DNA of 64,000 nt, taken from NCBI GenBank assembly GCA_043228905.1, contig JBHGNT010000017.1:5270001-5334000 (forward strand), written 5' to 3'. Source of the stretch: Azolla caroliniana. Taxonomy: Eukaryota > Plantae > Polypodiophyta. A program made the translations under genes and the position numbers. Shown here one piece after another: positions 48,985 through 62,566 of the stretch. Every line of letters begins with the position of its first letter. Within the stretch, counting starts at the first letter, position 1. The notes under the pieces are model-generated. The model had not been told where the DNA came from and did not search any database. It worked only from the letters and a program-made list of their open reading frames with translations.

Positions 48985-49032
<48 letters not shown>

Positions 49033-49073
49033 ACTTTTTCCTTCTCTCGAGAGTTCTACACCTCCCTTAGTAC

Positions 49074-49474
49074 TGTTGAGCGGCAAGCTCAACTGGAGCC
49101 GGATCGGCTGAATAAGCCTGAGCCGGCAAGCGAGACGGATCAGTAAGCCAGCAAGCAATAGAGCCGGTGAGCTGGGGAGCCGGTTAGCCGGATCCAATCG
49201 GTAACCGGAAGCCTAGTATTAGTTTAGACTACTAGGCAATTATAGTCTCGTAGTAAGTGTCAGAAGCTCGTGTGAGCATTGAAGTGCGTTGTACTTCTAT
49301 CAGTCCCATGAGGACTTGTATAAATAGTGCTACTGAGCACAGTTGTAAAGACAGAGTGTTTTTATATATTTTTGAATATAACTCTTACATTCTGCTCTCT
49401 CTGTCTCCCCTGTGTACTCCTTGTATTCCCTACTTCCTCTGTTTTCTAATGCTTCCACAAGTAAATCATTTACA
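49074..49474. mobile_element. Solo LTR (401 bp) inside the B2 5' LTR
   Basis: TGTTG..TTACA ends; perfect TSD AGTAC (49069-49073, 49475-49479); TATAAATA near 49319; absent from other family B LTRs. Confidence 0.9.
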
Positions 49475-49700
49475 AGTACTAATCCTCATCGTTTAGTATT
49501 AATTCCTTCTCTGTCTTAGTATTGTTCCTGATATTTCTTCTCTGTCTTAGTACTGTTCCTAACAATTTGAACCGATTTTCTGTCTCTTTCCTTCTCTTCC
49601 TTTATCTTCTTACTTCTCCCTCCCTTCATACTAATCTCTTATTCTTCTTTTCTCTCATACTATAGCCACTGTTAGCGCTCAGGCATATCAATCCGTTTTT

Positions 49701-52700
49701 TTGGAGTTGCAATGCTTGAAAGAGAAGTTTCTCACATTGGAACAAGAAAATCAACGACTGTTAGGGGAGCTTCAACAGATCTCCTTAGAGAAGCAGCAGA
49801 TGCAACAACAACATGGGGAACTAGTGTTACACGTGCAACAGCTCGATGCAACCATAGTAGCGATGCAACAACAAGGACCCAATACGCAAGGGATTCATAA
49901 AGAACCCAATATCGTCCTTCCCATGAAATTCAATGGAACGCAATCGCAATTTAGAGGATTCCTTAATGAGGTATGATTAGTGATTCAAATGCATCCTTCC
50001 CGATATCCCACCGATGCATCACGAGTGGGTTTAGTAGGCACGTTCTTAAGTGGCTCAGCTTTGGCATGATTCGCTCCGTTGCTAGAAAAGGAATCTCCTT
50101 TACTAAACAATTTTGAAGAGTTTTTATGTAAGTTTAAAGCCTGTTTTGGAGATACTGACAGCATAAGGACAGCAATCAACAAAATTCGACGATCGTCCAG
50201 CCTCTGCATACGCTGCAGATTTCTACCTACTTGCCTCCCATATCCTCTGGGATGACCAAGCACTAATGGAGCAATTTCGTTATGGTCTATGTAACGATGT
50301 CAAGGATTTACTCTTGACCTTCCCCGAAGAATCAAGGTCATTGACATAAGCAATCAGTCGTGTGGTGAGATGCAACAACCGTCTTTTCAAACGACGTTCG
50401 AAACGTCAGTTCCAGATGCCAAGGGAAATATCAGAACCCACCTACACCTCAATGGTAGCAAAACCTTTTCCACGGAAGTCATATAATGCGTCTCCATTGA
50501 ATACTACAACTCCGATGGAAATTGACACTACACGTCATCGTGGACCATTATCAGAAGAAGAATAGCAATGACGCCAGGAAATCGACTATGTCTTTATTGT
50601 TGTGGACCAGGGCATATTGCAGTGAACTGTCCCCATAGGCCAAGAAGACAGGTCAACCAAATAGTCGCTAGTTCTAATTGTACTAAACCCGAGTCTATTT
50701 TAGTAGGAATATCTTATAGTCCTAATAGTACTAATAGCTCAAATCTATCGAACAAATTTGATGTCCTTAGTTAGTTAGAAGAAGAGTTAAACGACTAAGT
50801 CCAGCCAAAATAGGAATCGTTTGGTTGGACAGCCCTAGATCTATGCAGCCCATTAGTGGTTCCATTCCCTCTAAGCAAGTTAGCAATGTGTTCTTAGCCC
50901 AAGTAACAATTAGTACTAAAAGTACCTCTCCAGTACATGTCTCAGCACTCCTAGATGCCGGAGCTAATTCTTGCTTCATGGATAGGAATTTTGCCCAAGC
51001 TCATCACATATCCCTAAGAAAAATCCCGTGTCCAACCTCTATAGTAGTCATTGATAGTCGTCCCATTGCTTCCGGAAATATCATAGAAGAGTTAGAGCCC
51101 GTTAATATTGTCCTAGATAATTTAGCGTGTGTAGTATCCTTTAATATCATTAGTATCCCAGAACATCCCATTGTTTTGGTATTACCATGGTTCGAATTAC
51201 ATAACCTAGATATAGATTGGAGAACAAGAGAAATCCGGTATCAACAAACCTGAGGATCTACTCATAAGATTGCAACCATTTTGCTACATCAGTTGCGTGA
51301 GGAAGGACGCAAGGAAGAAATGTTTCTCTTCACAATATCAGTAAAACCCTCCAACACCACTAAAGAGGAGTCCACCGTTCAACTTCCATAGAAGTATCGT
51401 CATTATGCCGATGTGTTCGATAAAATACAAGCCAGTACACTTCCTCACCATCGACCGTATGATTGCCCCATAGATTTACAACCGAGAAAAGAGCCACCAT
51501 GGGGACCGATCTACAATTTGTCACCAACCAAGCCAGAAGTCCTTCGAGCCTATATAGAAGAGAATTTGGCAAATGGTTTCATTCGACATTCGAAATCTCT
51601 AGTCGGCATACCCATTTTATTCGTCAAGAAAAAGGATGGATCATTTCTTCTCGTCATAGATTACCGTGGCTTGAATAAGGTCACCATCAGGAATAGGTAT
51701 GCACTTCCCCTTATCTCAAGTCTTTTAGAAAATATCAATGGTGCAAGGTTCTTCACAAAGATCGACATACGAGGAGCATATAACCTCGTATGGATCCGAC
51801 TAGGAGACGAATGGAAGACCGCGTTTCGCACAAGATATGGGCACTTCGAGTATACGGTCATGCCATTCGGCCTCACTAATGCACCAGTAGTCTTCCAACA
51901 CATGACAAATGATATATTCCGAGATCTCTTGGATGTTTTTTGATCATCTATTTGGATGATCTACTGGTTTATTCGAAGACCCAAGAAGAGCATGATTCTC
52001 ATGTAATGTTAGAACTAAAATGACTTCGAGAACATGGTCTTTATGCAAAGCTAGAAAAATATAGTTTCGAGTGCAACCAGGTAGAATTTCTGGGCTATGT
52101 CATTTCCTCGAAAGGCATCTCCATGGATCCAGCTAAGGTTTAAATGATGGTAGGGTGGCAGACTCTACGTTCGTGGCAAGATGTGCAATGCTTTTTAGGC
52201 ATTGCCAATTTCTACCGCAAGTTTATATAGGATTACTCAAAGCTTGTCCTACCTCTCACACAGCTTACCAGGAAGGGACAATTGTTCATTTGGTCTGAAG
52301 AAGCAGACATGGCTTTTGAGAGTTTTAAGAAGGCATTTACATCAGCTCCTATTCTGGCTCATGTTGATCCTAAAAAACCATTCATCATCGAAGCATTTTG
52401 TCACAACAAGGTAATAATGAAAAACTCCATCCTCTGTCTTTCCACTCACGCAAGTTTGACACCGCTGAAATCAACTATGAAATTCATGATAAAGAGCTAT
52501 TAGCAATAGTGGACTCTTAATGGAGGCATTTTCTAGAGGGATCTTCTCATCAAGTCACTGTATTCAGTGATCACAAAAACCTTGCCTACTTTCAGAATGC
52601 TCATGTGTTAAATCGACATCAAGCTCGGTGGGCCCAATTCCTCACTCATTTCGACTTCAAAATTACATATCGTCCGGGGAAGAAACAAGGGAAGGCATAT

Positions 52701-53089
52701 GCATTATCACGGCGCTCGTATCTAGCACTGCGCCCTAGCAAGTTAGCTTTCGATAACAAAAAGCAAGTAATCATGGGACCGGCACGACTGAAAGCAACAT
52801 AGGTCTATGGTATGCCCTTTGATTCCCACATTATCGATACCATACGTGAGGACTTGAAGACAGATGCTTTCGCCCAAGCCATTCTAGCACAAATTGATCC
52901 CTCTCAAGCATCTTGTTCACAGTCGCAACAACCAAGTACAGACTATCGACAATTCGAATGTCATGATGGATTACTATTCTTTAAGAAACTCTTGTATGTT
53001 CCTAATGGTTCTTGTCGCCTTTGAGTAGTCCAAAACTGTCATGACACATATACAGTTGGGCATTTTGGTAGTACTAAAACATTAGATTT
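49701..53089 (+). pseudogene. gag-pol: Decayed gag-pol of chromovirus B2
   Basis: Fragments 49701..49976, 50362..50774, 50825..51253, 51413..51943 and 52282..53024; homologous to 3193-5230. Confidence 0.9.
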
Positions 53090-53401
53090 CGTTGTACTAC
53101 TCCTGAGAACACTATAAAAGGAGGCACAAGGCATTATTTCGAACCAAATCAGTTCAACGCCAGTCTTAAGCCTCCCAACAACTATTGTATATTCTCTTAA
53201 CATAATATATATATTTTGTTATCATCATTCTCTCTCTCTCTCTCTCTCTCAATCTCTCTCTCACTCACTCACTCTTTCCTTCTATCAAGAGTTCTACACC
53301 TCCCTTAGTACTAATCCTCATCTTTTAGTACTAATTCCTTCTCTGTCTTAATATTGTTCCTGACAGTACTTCTCTGTCTTAGTACTGTTCCTGACACCAT
53401 C

Positions 53402-54640
53402 CGTTGCTCTTCATCTATCCGGTCAACCACCCTGGATACCTGCTTCCCAAGCCATTCTAAACATTGTCGGTAGGTTCCGTGTTGTGTGAGTACAACAAAC
53501 TGTTGTACTAGCTCCAGCATTACTTCTTGCTCCCCCCTGAGCCATTGTGCAAATGGCTCCAGTTGCTCCAGTCGGCGTTCCTCTTGTTGTTGCTACCCTA
53601 GAAGACCTGGTGATGTATGTCCTTCTAACTCTGGTTTCGGTTGAACCGTCTTCACCGCTTCTGATGTATTGGTTGGCTCCGTTTCTGTTCTGGGTTGCAC
53701 CACCGCTGAGTAGGGAATCGATGTATTGTGCCTCTCCAGACCCGATCCTTCCCCCTGCTACTCACTGTCGCGCTTCCTTGGGTGACGTTGGAGGGTTTCG
53801 GTTGGTTCTTCTTCAGCCTCCTCTCCAGCGGTTTCCTGGTTTACCTTGTATACTAGTTCCTCTGGGTCTCTATCATGCCGGCGCAACATTATCTTGATCG
53901 TTGTTGTCATCTTTTCCAGAACTTTCTCCACTGACTCCTACCACCGAGCGGTACTTCTTCTTCCCGCCGAGGCGAGTCCCCTTATGTCCATCCGGGGTTG
54001 TGTTTTGCTAGGAGTTGCTGCCATTTGGATGGTTTGTTGGGCATGATCTCCGGTCGGCCTCGCTTCTCCGGCCTGATAACGCATGTCAGAGGTAACAATA
54101 TCGTTAGCCACTATGCTAATCCACCCCATGCTTTCTTCCCATCCATTACAAACATGATTCCCGCCCGTAGTGAGTCGGCCACTATCACCGGCTAGTTCAC
54201 CTTAAGGCCTTCAAATGTGGCAATGATGAGACCAACCTTGTTCTTCGGTTCAAGGGTGAACGAATCCATACTCGAGTAATACTCGAGCCACTTCCCAGAA
54301 CAAGAGATTTTCGCCACCCTGAGTCCGGTACGCCTTGCTGGCGATTGAGAACTCCCCAAAATAATCATTCAATATGTCCGTGGAGGGGTTCTCAATGCAG
54401 CACAGTCTTCTGGCGGGTAATCCGATGAGGGCCTACATTGTCCCATCGGAGAGTTCGTCGAGGTCGATCGTTGTTGTGACCTTCTCCGGTTCCTCATCTG
54501 GTGGCGCTTCAGCCACCCGAATAAATCCCTCAAGGCCATTCTTGTTGAGCCAATCTCTAGTGGCGGTCAAGAGTGTTATCAGCTTTGTATACCCTTCGTC
54601 GATTTCACTGTTATGGGTGGTTGCTTGGGCTCGGTTAATC
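53402..54640 (-). pseudogene. Decayed extra ORF of element I (continues at 48026-48688)
   Basis: My minus-strand translation gives DWLNKNGLEGFIRVA and KVGLIIATFEGLKVN*P, aligning with RWLVEKRLDGYILVA and KAGIIIDTFEGRAVDWG of G. Confidence 0.7.
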
Positions 54641-56269
54641 GCATGTGTTCTTCCGGAAACCTACGTGCTTTGTTGTGCTCTCAATAGCTTTCATTCGTGA
54701 AATGAGACTCCTTTGTTCGTTCGAATATTTTGGGCCCCCACTTTTCGCCACCGCCTCTTCTTGATTTCCACGCATGCACGTTGTGTATCATAATAGCATG
54801 ATTATGCCACATGATTTTCACATGCATGCAACTTTTGCATGATGTCTTACCTCTTGTCCTCTTCATGAAATTTTTTATTTTTTATTTGCTTTTCTTCGTA
54901 CGGCTTAAGCTTCTTCCCAATACCAAGTACCGTTGGGTCATTCATTAATACCCAATTGTAATGGCTCCATTATCGTCGGAACTTCCCCGGTCACCACTTC
55001 TTCTCCGACTCTGTTGTCGTTGGAATTTCCCTGAGCTTCTTCCTCTGGTTCATTGAACGGGTTCGCCGGCATCGGTCCCACGAAGTCTAACCCCTACTTT
55101 TGGAAAGGTTCCAATGGCAACGTTGGTTGATGGGGCATCCGAGCCTGCTATATTGGTTGGCCCAATCGTTGGCATAGATCGCACTCTTTACAATACCAGA
55201 CCGCGTCGTTAAGGGTTTTCGGCCACCATAACCCACTTTGCCAAATTTTCCAGGTGGTGGTGTCTCCGGCACAGTGCCCGCCAGTAACACCGTAGTGCGC
55301 CTCTCGTGAGATTGCTTCTTTTTCGTCACCCCAAACCGCTCAACGCCAAATGTCGTCGGCTCCCTTATGGTACAATGTATCCCGCACCAAACAAAAGTGA
55401 CAGCTTTGGACCGCAAGGCGTTTCCGTTCGTCCCAACTGAGTTCTTCCAGAGGTAATCCGGTACTCAGGAAGTGGTGCATGTCGGTGAGCCACTTGTCTT
55501 CTCCAGCCACTGTCTCATCTATAGTCATCTTCGCGGTAACCCTAAATAGCTCGGCATCCAGGAACTCATCTCAGACTCTGTCACCTACTTCGTCGGATTC
55601 TAACCGGCTCAAGTAGTCTGCCACCACATGTTGTACCCCCGGTCGGTGGTAGATCTCAAATTCGAACTCCTGTAGTAATAAGTTCCATCTTGGTAGTTTG
55701 CCGGTTAATGATGCCTTGGATACCAAATAGAGTAGCATCGAGTGGTCCACATGGTATGAAAACTTTCGTCCTAACAAATAGTGGCGGTACTTCATGACAT
55801 TGTACACCATCCCCAATGCTTCTCTCTCTGTTGTGGAATAGTTTTGTTCGGCTTTTGACAGTTTCCGGCTTGCGCAGTATACCAGCCGGTACCACTTTGG
55901 CTCTATGCGCTGCATAAGAACGCTCCTGATTGCTACGTTTGACGCATCAACAAACACATGAAAATCCTTTGTCCAATCGGGAGGTTGTACCACTAGAGCT
56001 TGTGACAACATCAATTTCAGCGCTCAATGCACATCTGCATGCAACGGGGTTGCGAAGTCTGCTAGATATCAGAGCATCCGGCTATGCCACCGGATCTGCC
56101 CTAGGAACCGGCCCAATGCCTTAGCATTGGTTGGTGTTGGTGCGTGTAGGACCGCTTTTACCTTGTCCGGGTTTAGGTTTTTCCCGTCCTTAAGACAATG
56201 TGTCCTAGAAGTGCACCACTCGTTGTACTCCAAAAACATATTTTGCCGTGCTTCATCACAAAGGCTAGC

Positions 56270-57035
56270 CCTTTTTCGGACTTACCAGTTCCAAATCCTT
56301 CCGCTCCTTCTACGTAGTGCGAGCTTTGTCAGTTCCCTTATCCAGCCTTGCTGGATTCGGATTTATCCGAATCGGTGCGCTTCTTCTAGCACTCGCTCTC
56401 TCGGTGGCCCTTCTTGCCATAATACCAGCATTCGTGTTGGCTTTCGATTGCCGGTTTCTTACACCACCTTGACTCCCCTTGCTTCTGGAGGGTCTAGAAC
56501 TGTTGTCGGCACTATCTCTGTGCCTCCAATTCTGCTCTTGCCGGCCGCCACTACTGCATGCCGACCCACCTCATCCTCCACGCCCACGGGGCCGATCCAC
56601 CTTCGTGTACAGCATCAGGTTGTCCAATTGAGTGGTCCTTGACCCACTCACGTGGTTTTCTTCGACCATCAGCATTGATTGTAGGTCGAAGAAAGACAGT
56701 GGTTTCTCCCTGGTACAAATCGCCGACCGGATTGGCCCGTACTGTTGTGCTAGACTACAGAGGCAGATCTGGACCATCTTGTCCTCGTCCACCGTCACGT
56801 TGATGGAACCAAGCGCGTCGCACATCTCCTTAATCTTGGTGGTGTAGTTGGTGACCAACATGTCCCATTGTCGAATACTATTGAGCACTTGCCGGAGTTG
56901 CAACCTCCAAGCCCTGGTACTTGTGGTGAAAATCTTTCGGAGATTTTCCCAGGCCTCCTTCGGTGACTTTGCGTCTTTGATGTAGTCGAGCATCTGGTCA
57001 TGCACAAAGGACCCAAGGCAATACACCACTCTTGT
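56270..57035 (-). pseudogene. gag: Copia gag fragment (F-related)
   Basis: ORF 56571..57167 KEAWENLRKIF..FFDLQSMLMVEE matches F gag. Confidence 0.85.
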
Positions 57036-57059
57036 TGTATAAAATGTGCGTCTTGGTTG

Positions 57060-59580
57060 TATAAAATGCATCAGTACTTGTTGGGGCACAGATACTGGAG
57101 CTACGTGGAAGGAGCGAATGTAGTTGTGTCGGAGCTGGCACACAAGGACTTCCCGGCATGGTAGCAAGGAGCGAGCCGAGTATTGTACTGCCTCACGTCA
57201 TGTGTGCACGATCAGACACCAAAGGAGGCCTAGGAAAATCTACGGAAGATTTTCGCTGTGAGTACCATGGCCCGAAAGTTTCATCTCCGGTAAGAGTTGA
57301 ACAACATCCGGCAAAGGGATATGTCCATGACCGACTACATCACCAAGATAAAGGAGATTTGTGACGCGCTCGGGTCCATCAACATGACGGTGGACGAAGA
57401 CGAGATGGTCCAAATCTGCCTCGGTGGTCTAGCACAACGGTACGGGCCAATTCGGACTTCCCGGCATGGGAGCAAGGAGCAAGTCAAGTATTGTACTACC
57501 TCGCGTCCTGTGTGCACGATCAAACGCCGAAGGAGGCCTAGGAAAATCTACGGAAGATTTTCGTCGTGAGTACCACGACCCGAAAGTTTCATCTCCGGTA
57601 AGAGTTGAACAACATCCGGCAAAGGGATATGTCCATGACCGACTACACCACCAGGATAAAGGAGATTTGTGACGCGCTCGGGTCCATCAACGTGACGGTG
57701 GACGAAGACGAGATGGTCCAAATCTGCCTCGATGGTCTAGCACAACGGTACGGGCCAATCCGGACTTCCTGGCATAGGAGCAAGGAGCAAGTCAAGTATT
57801 GTACTACCTCGCGTCCTGTGTGCATGATCACACGCCGAAGGAGGCCTAGGAAAATCTACGGAAGATTTTCGTCATGTGTACCACGGCCCGAAAGTTGCAG
57901 CTCCGGCAAGAGTTGAACAACTTCCGGCAAAGGGATATGTTCGTGATCGACTACATCACCAAGATAAAGGAGATTTGTGACGCGCTCGGGTCCATCAACG
58001 TGACGGTGGACGAAGACGAGATGGTCCAAATCTCCCTCGGTGGTCTAGCACAACGGTACGGGCCAATCCGGACGACGATCTGCACCCGTGGGAAGCCACC
58101 ATCCTTCTTCGACTTACAATCAATGTTGATGGTCGAAGAAAACCACACGAGTGGTCGAGGAACACTAAATCAGATCGGCCCCGTGGGCATGGAGGATGAG
58201 GTGGGTCGGCACGCAATGGAGGCGGCCGGCAAGAGCAGGACCGAAGGCACAGAGACAGTGCCGACAGCAGTTCCAAACCCTCCACAAGCAGGGGGAATCA
58301 AAGCGGCACCGGGAACCGGCAAGGAAAGGCCGACACAGAATGTTGGTACTAGGACAAGAAAGGCCACAGGGAAAGTGAGTATTGGAAGAAGCGCGCCGAT
58401 TCGGACAAATCCGGATCCGACAAAGCTAGTCGGGAAAACCGGCAAAAGCTCGCACTACACGGAAGGATCGGATGGATCCAGAACCGGGAAGACCGGTAAA
58501 GGGCCGGCCTTCGTGATGAAGCACAAGGCTAACTCGATGAAGAAGGGTACTTCCAAATCGGAGGAAGTATGGTACGTTGTTTCCAGAGCGTACAACCACA
58601 TGACAAGCCATGAAGAGTGGTTCTCTTTTTTGTTGAAACCGGAACAACCAGCGATTGTCGAAACCGGAGACGACACCCCTCACCCGATTGTGCATGTCGG
58701 AGAAGTCCCTTTAAGCCATGTCAGACAAAAGGGAAAGTTGATGAATGTATTACACGTTCCGACTATCACAAAGAACCTGGTATCGGTCGGACAAATCGTC
58801 GACTAGGGAATGCAGGTGCGATTTACGCACCTCGGGTGCTTCATCGAGGAAGAAGGCCGGATAATTGCACAAGGGCACAGGAAAGGGAGGATGTTCATCC
58901 TCAACACAAATGACGTCGGCACCACCATGTTTGCCAAAGGATAGAAGATTGAATCGGACATCGATCTTTGGTATAAGCAAATCGACCACGTCAACTACCG
59001 GAGGCTTCAAGATCTGCAATTGAAACAAGTTGTGTTTGGATTTCCGAAGTTTAGTGGCCGGAAGGCCCAAATATGTGAAACCTACCAACTCAGGAAGCAA
59101 CACCGGCTTCCATTCCCCACCAAGTGAAACTGGAGCCGTAAGAAGCTCAATCTAATCCATTCAGATGTACGGGGACCAGCACCGAACGTTAATCTTGGCG
59201 AGAGTCATTATTTCGTCTCCTTCATCGACGACAATAGCCAGCACACGTGGATCTACCTCATAGAGAAGAAAAGTGAAGTCTTCGACTGTTTCCGGAACCT
59301 TCAAAGCTTAGTCAAAAGGGAAACAGAGAGGAAGATAAAGTGCTTGCGGTCGGATGGCGGAAAAGAATACTTTTCCGGCCAATTCAACAGTTATCTGCAG
59401 CAGAACGGAATTCGGAGAGAATTCAGCTGCCGATACACACCGGAACAAAATGGTGTGGTCGAGAGAAAGAATCGGTCAATTATCAATGCGGCAAGGGAAA
59501 TGCTGGAGGAGTAGAGCATGCCCAAATTCTACTCGATCGAGGCGCTCCGGACGACCGTCTACATCCAAAACTGGATCGGA
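57060..59580 (+). pseudogene. Copia gag-PR-integrase fragment (F-related), inverted relative to neighbours
   Basis: ORF 57874..58806 and downstream integrase remnants (IHSDV, CLRSDGGKEY) match F. Confidence 0.88.
57146..58069 (+). repeat. Tandem triplication of a 308-bp gag segment
   Basis: Units start GGACTTCC at 57146, 57454 and 57762; GGAC microhomology at junctions. Confidence 0.92.
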
Positions 59581-62566
59581 ATGTATTTTTTTACATCCAT
59601 CTGATGTAAGTGCCACCCCTTCGCCGCTGCTACGGCTAGCAAAACACGCACGGTGGTCATCTTCGCGACCAGCATAAAGGTCTCGCCGTAATCCACGCCA
59701 TGCTTTTGCGCATAGCCTTTCGCTGCTAATCAAGCCTTGTAGCGGTTGACAGATCTTTCGGTGTTGTACTTGACCTTATACACCCATTGCATCCGATCGG
59801 CTTCACACCCTTCGGTGCGTCAACCAGGTCGCAAGTCTCGTTGTCCGATAACACGCGCATCTCTTCCTCTATTGCGGCATGCCAATTTGCATCTGCCGCC
59901 GCTTCTATGTAGCTCTCCAGCTCACGTACTTCTGCCACTCGTGTCATGTACGCATAATGGTGCGCCATGTATTCATTGTACCCGTATCTTTTTACGAGGT
60001 TCTTCAGGCGGGTAGATTGGCGTAATTCGTGATTACCCGATTTCACGACGTTTTCGGCCGATTTCGACCTCTTCCGTGGAGGTTGCTTCTCGATTGGCCC
60101 AAAGTCAGATTCGCTCCGATCTGACTCGGCATTGCCGAAATCATATTCCGACATTTTCTTCTTCCCTTTATCTTTACACGTAAACCCTCTCCTCGGTTCT
60201 ATACGAGGGAACAACACCGTTGAGCTGAGTCTCCATTACTCGTCGGCTCTTCATTTGGTTGGCCATCTCAGCCCAACCCCTCATTCGGCCCACTTAGCAG
60301 AAATGAGATCGGACTCTCTGTCAGAGCTCCAATTTCCTCATCACGCGGAGGCATCTCGGCCTCGCTGACCTCTTCTTCAGAATTCGGAATGGAGTCATGA
60401 GGTATTGGAGGTGAAGGCAAGTACCACGAAGCGGGCTCGTCGAACACGACATATTGGCTTACGTGAACTTCCTTTGTTTGGGGGTTATAGCACTTATACC
60501 CCTTATGCTCGTCTAAATAGCCGACCACGATACACTTCTCGGCTTTGGCGTCCACCTTCCTCCTCTTCTCCTTTGGCACATGCACATACGCAATGCTGCC
60601 GAAAATCCTCAAGTGTGCAAGGTTCGGCTTCTTCCCGAAATACAACTCATGTGGCAACACTCCTTCATTAGCAGAGGTCAGATTCTGCAAGTAAACAACC
60701 GTCCTTATGGCCTTAGCCCAGTAAAACTTCGGCATATGCTTCTCTTCAAGCATTGCCCTGACCGTTTCTTCAATTGTCTGATTCTTCCGCTTGGCCACGC
60801 CATTCTGTTGTGTCGTATATCTACACGACAATGCCGAATTCCCTCCTTCTGTAGATAACTCGTGAACTGATCGGAGAAGTACTCCTTCCCGCCATCGGAC
60901 TGTAGTCACTTGATCTTACGCCCTGTTTCCCTTTACGCAAGGCTTTTCACCTTTAGGAAACACGCGAAGACTTCTCTCTTTTTTGCGATCAAGCACGCCC
61001 AGGTATGCCGAGTGAAGTCATCGATGAAAGGTTACGAAGTAATGGCTTCCATCGAGACTCACGTTCTGTGTCGGTCCCCCCACATCCGAATGGATCAAAT
61101 CTAGTGGATTTCGACTACGATTATGCTTGTTGGGGAATGGAAGTCGATGTTGCTTCCTGAGTTGGCAAGCTTCGCAGACTTGGCCATTACGGCCCCGAAA
61201 TTGCAGCAATCCGAAAACAATATTCTTCGTCTGCATTTCACGAAGCCGTGGGAAGTTAACGTGGCCGAACCGCTTGTGCCACAGGTCGATGTCCGACTCG
61301 ACCTTATGTCCTTTCCCGAACAGTGTGGTTCCGGCTTGATTGGTGTCGAGGATAAACATCCTCCCTTCACGGCGCCCTTGTGCAATAACTTTGCCTTCTT
61401 CTTCGATGTAGCACCTGAGGTGCGTGAATCGAACTTGCATCCCCTGGTCGACGATCTAACTGACCGACACCAGGTTCTTGGTTATTGTCGGGACGTGCAA
61501 CACATTCATAAGTTTCCCTTTCTGCCCAACGTGGTTGAGGGGAACTTCTCCGACATGTTCGATGGTATGTTGAGTGTCATATCCCGTTTCGACCAGTCCT
61601 TGTTTTTCCGGTTTCTTCAAGTACAAGAACCATTCCTCGTGACTCATCATATGATTTGACGTTCCGGAATCAACATACCACACCTCGCTCGATTTTGTGG
61701 TGTTCACAGCCATCGAATTGGCCTTGTGCTTCATTACGAAGGCTGGGCCCGATCCATTTCTGGCTCATTCGGAGCCTTCCGCGTAGTGCGACCTCTGACG
61801 CCTCTCTACGTCTCTTCCGCTCGATCTGGCTTTGTCCGAATCAGCTCTCTTTTTCCAGCACTCGCTCTCCCTGTGGCCTTTCTTGCCACAGTACTAGCAT
61901 TCCGTCGTGGCCTTCTCTTGTTTGCTTTCGGCGCCGCCATGACTACCCCTACTTCCGGAACTGCTTCCGACATTTCGATTATGCCGCACGTTCTGCTCTT
62001 TTAGGGCTTGTCCGCCACAACCACGGGGCCTATCTTCCTCTGTGTACAACATCTTGTTGTCGGTGTGCATACAACATCTTCGTTGGTGGTGTAGTCCGAC
62101 ACGGACATGTCTTTTTGCCGAATGTTGTTCAACTCTTGTCGGAGTTTAAGCTTTCGGGCGGTTGTGTTGGCGGCGAGCATTTTCTTTAAGTTCTCGCACG
62201 CCTCTTTGGGCGTCTTGAATGTGGCTAAGCATGTGGTCGTGGACACATGTTGCCAAGCAATACATGACTCGACTCACCGCTTGCTCCCATGTTGAGTAGT
62301 GGGCATTCTTTGGGTCGGGTCGATTTTCTTGAGCGTCATTGATGTAGCTCCAATACCCTTGGCCGATGAGGTATTGGTTCATCTTGTACTTCTAAGATGA
62401 ATAATTGCTCCGGTCTAGCTTTTCACTAGGGAGCGAGCTACCCATTTGTGTGTTCATGTTGATTGTAATGTCTCCGTTTTTGCTTTCCTTCCTTCGGTCA
62501 CGTACACGTGCTACGTAGCGGCACTACGGTAGTGGATAGCCGGATTTTGTCGTTGACGTCTCGAAC

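Larger units (their letters stand above)
48689..53396 (+). mobile_element. Chromovirus family B copy 2; most of integrase, PPT and 3' U3 deleted
   Basis: TSD CCATC; 5' LTR 48689-49564 (interrupted by solo LTR); 3' LTR remnant about 53098-53396; gag (PMEID, CLYCCGPGHIAVNC), PR (LLDAGA), RT, RNase H. Confidence 0.95.
47661..56260 (-). mobile_element. Gypsy element I (diverged relative of G), 5'-truncated; contains chromovirus B2
   Basis: Putative 3' LTR 47661-47980 (TG..CA, minus-strand TATAAAA; no partner LTR, so left edge uncertain); motif 47983-47998; extra ORF homologous to that of G; RNase H 55571..56014 and integrase fragments 54900-55530. Confidence 0.8.

Noticed and set aside
48988-49028. 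(CT)n microsatellites as independent features
   Set aside because: They are integral, length-variable parts of the LTRs
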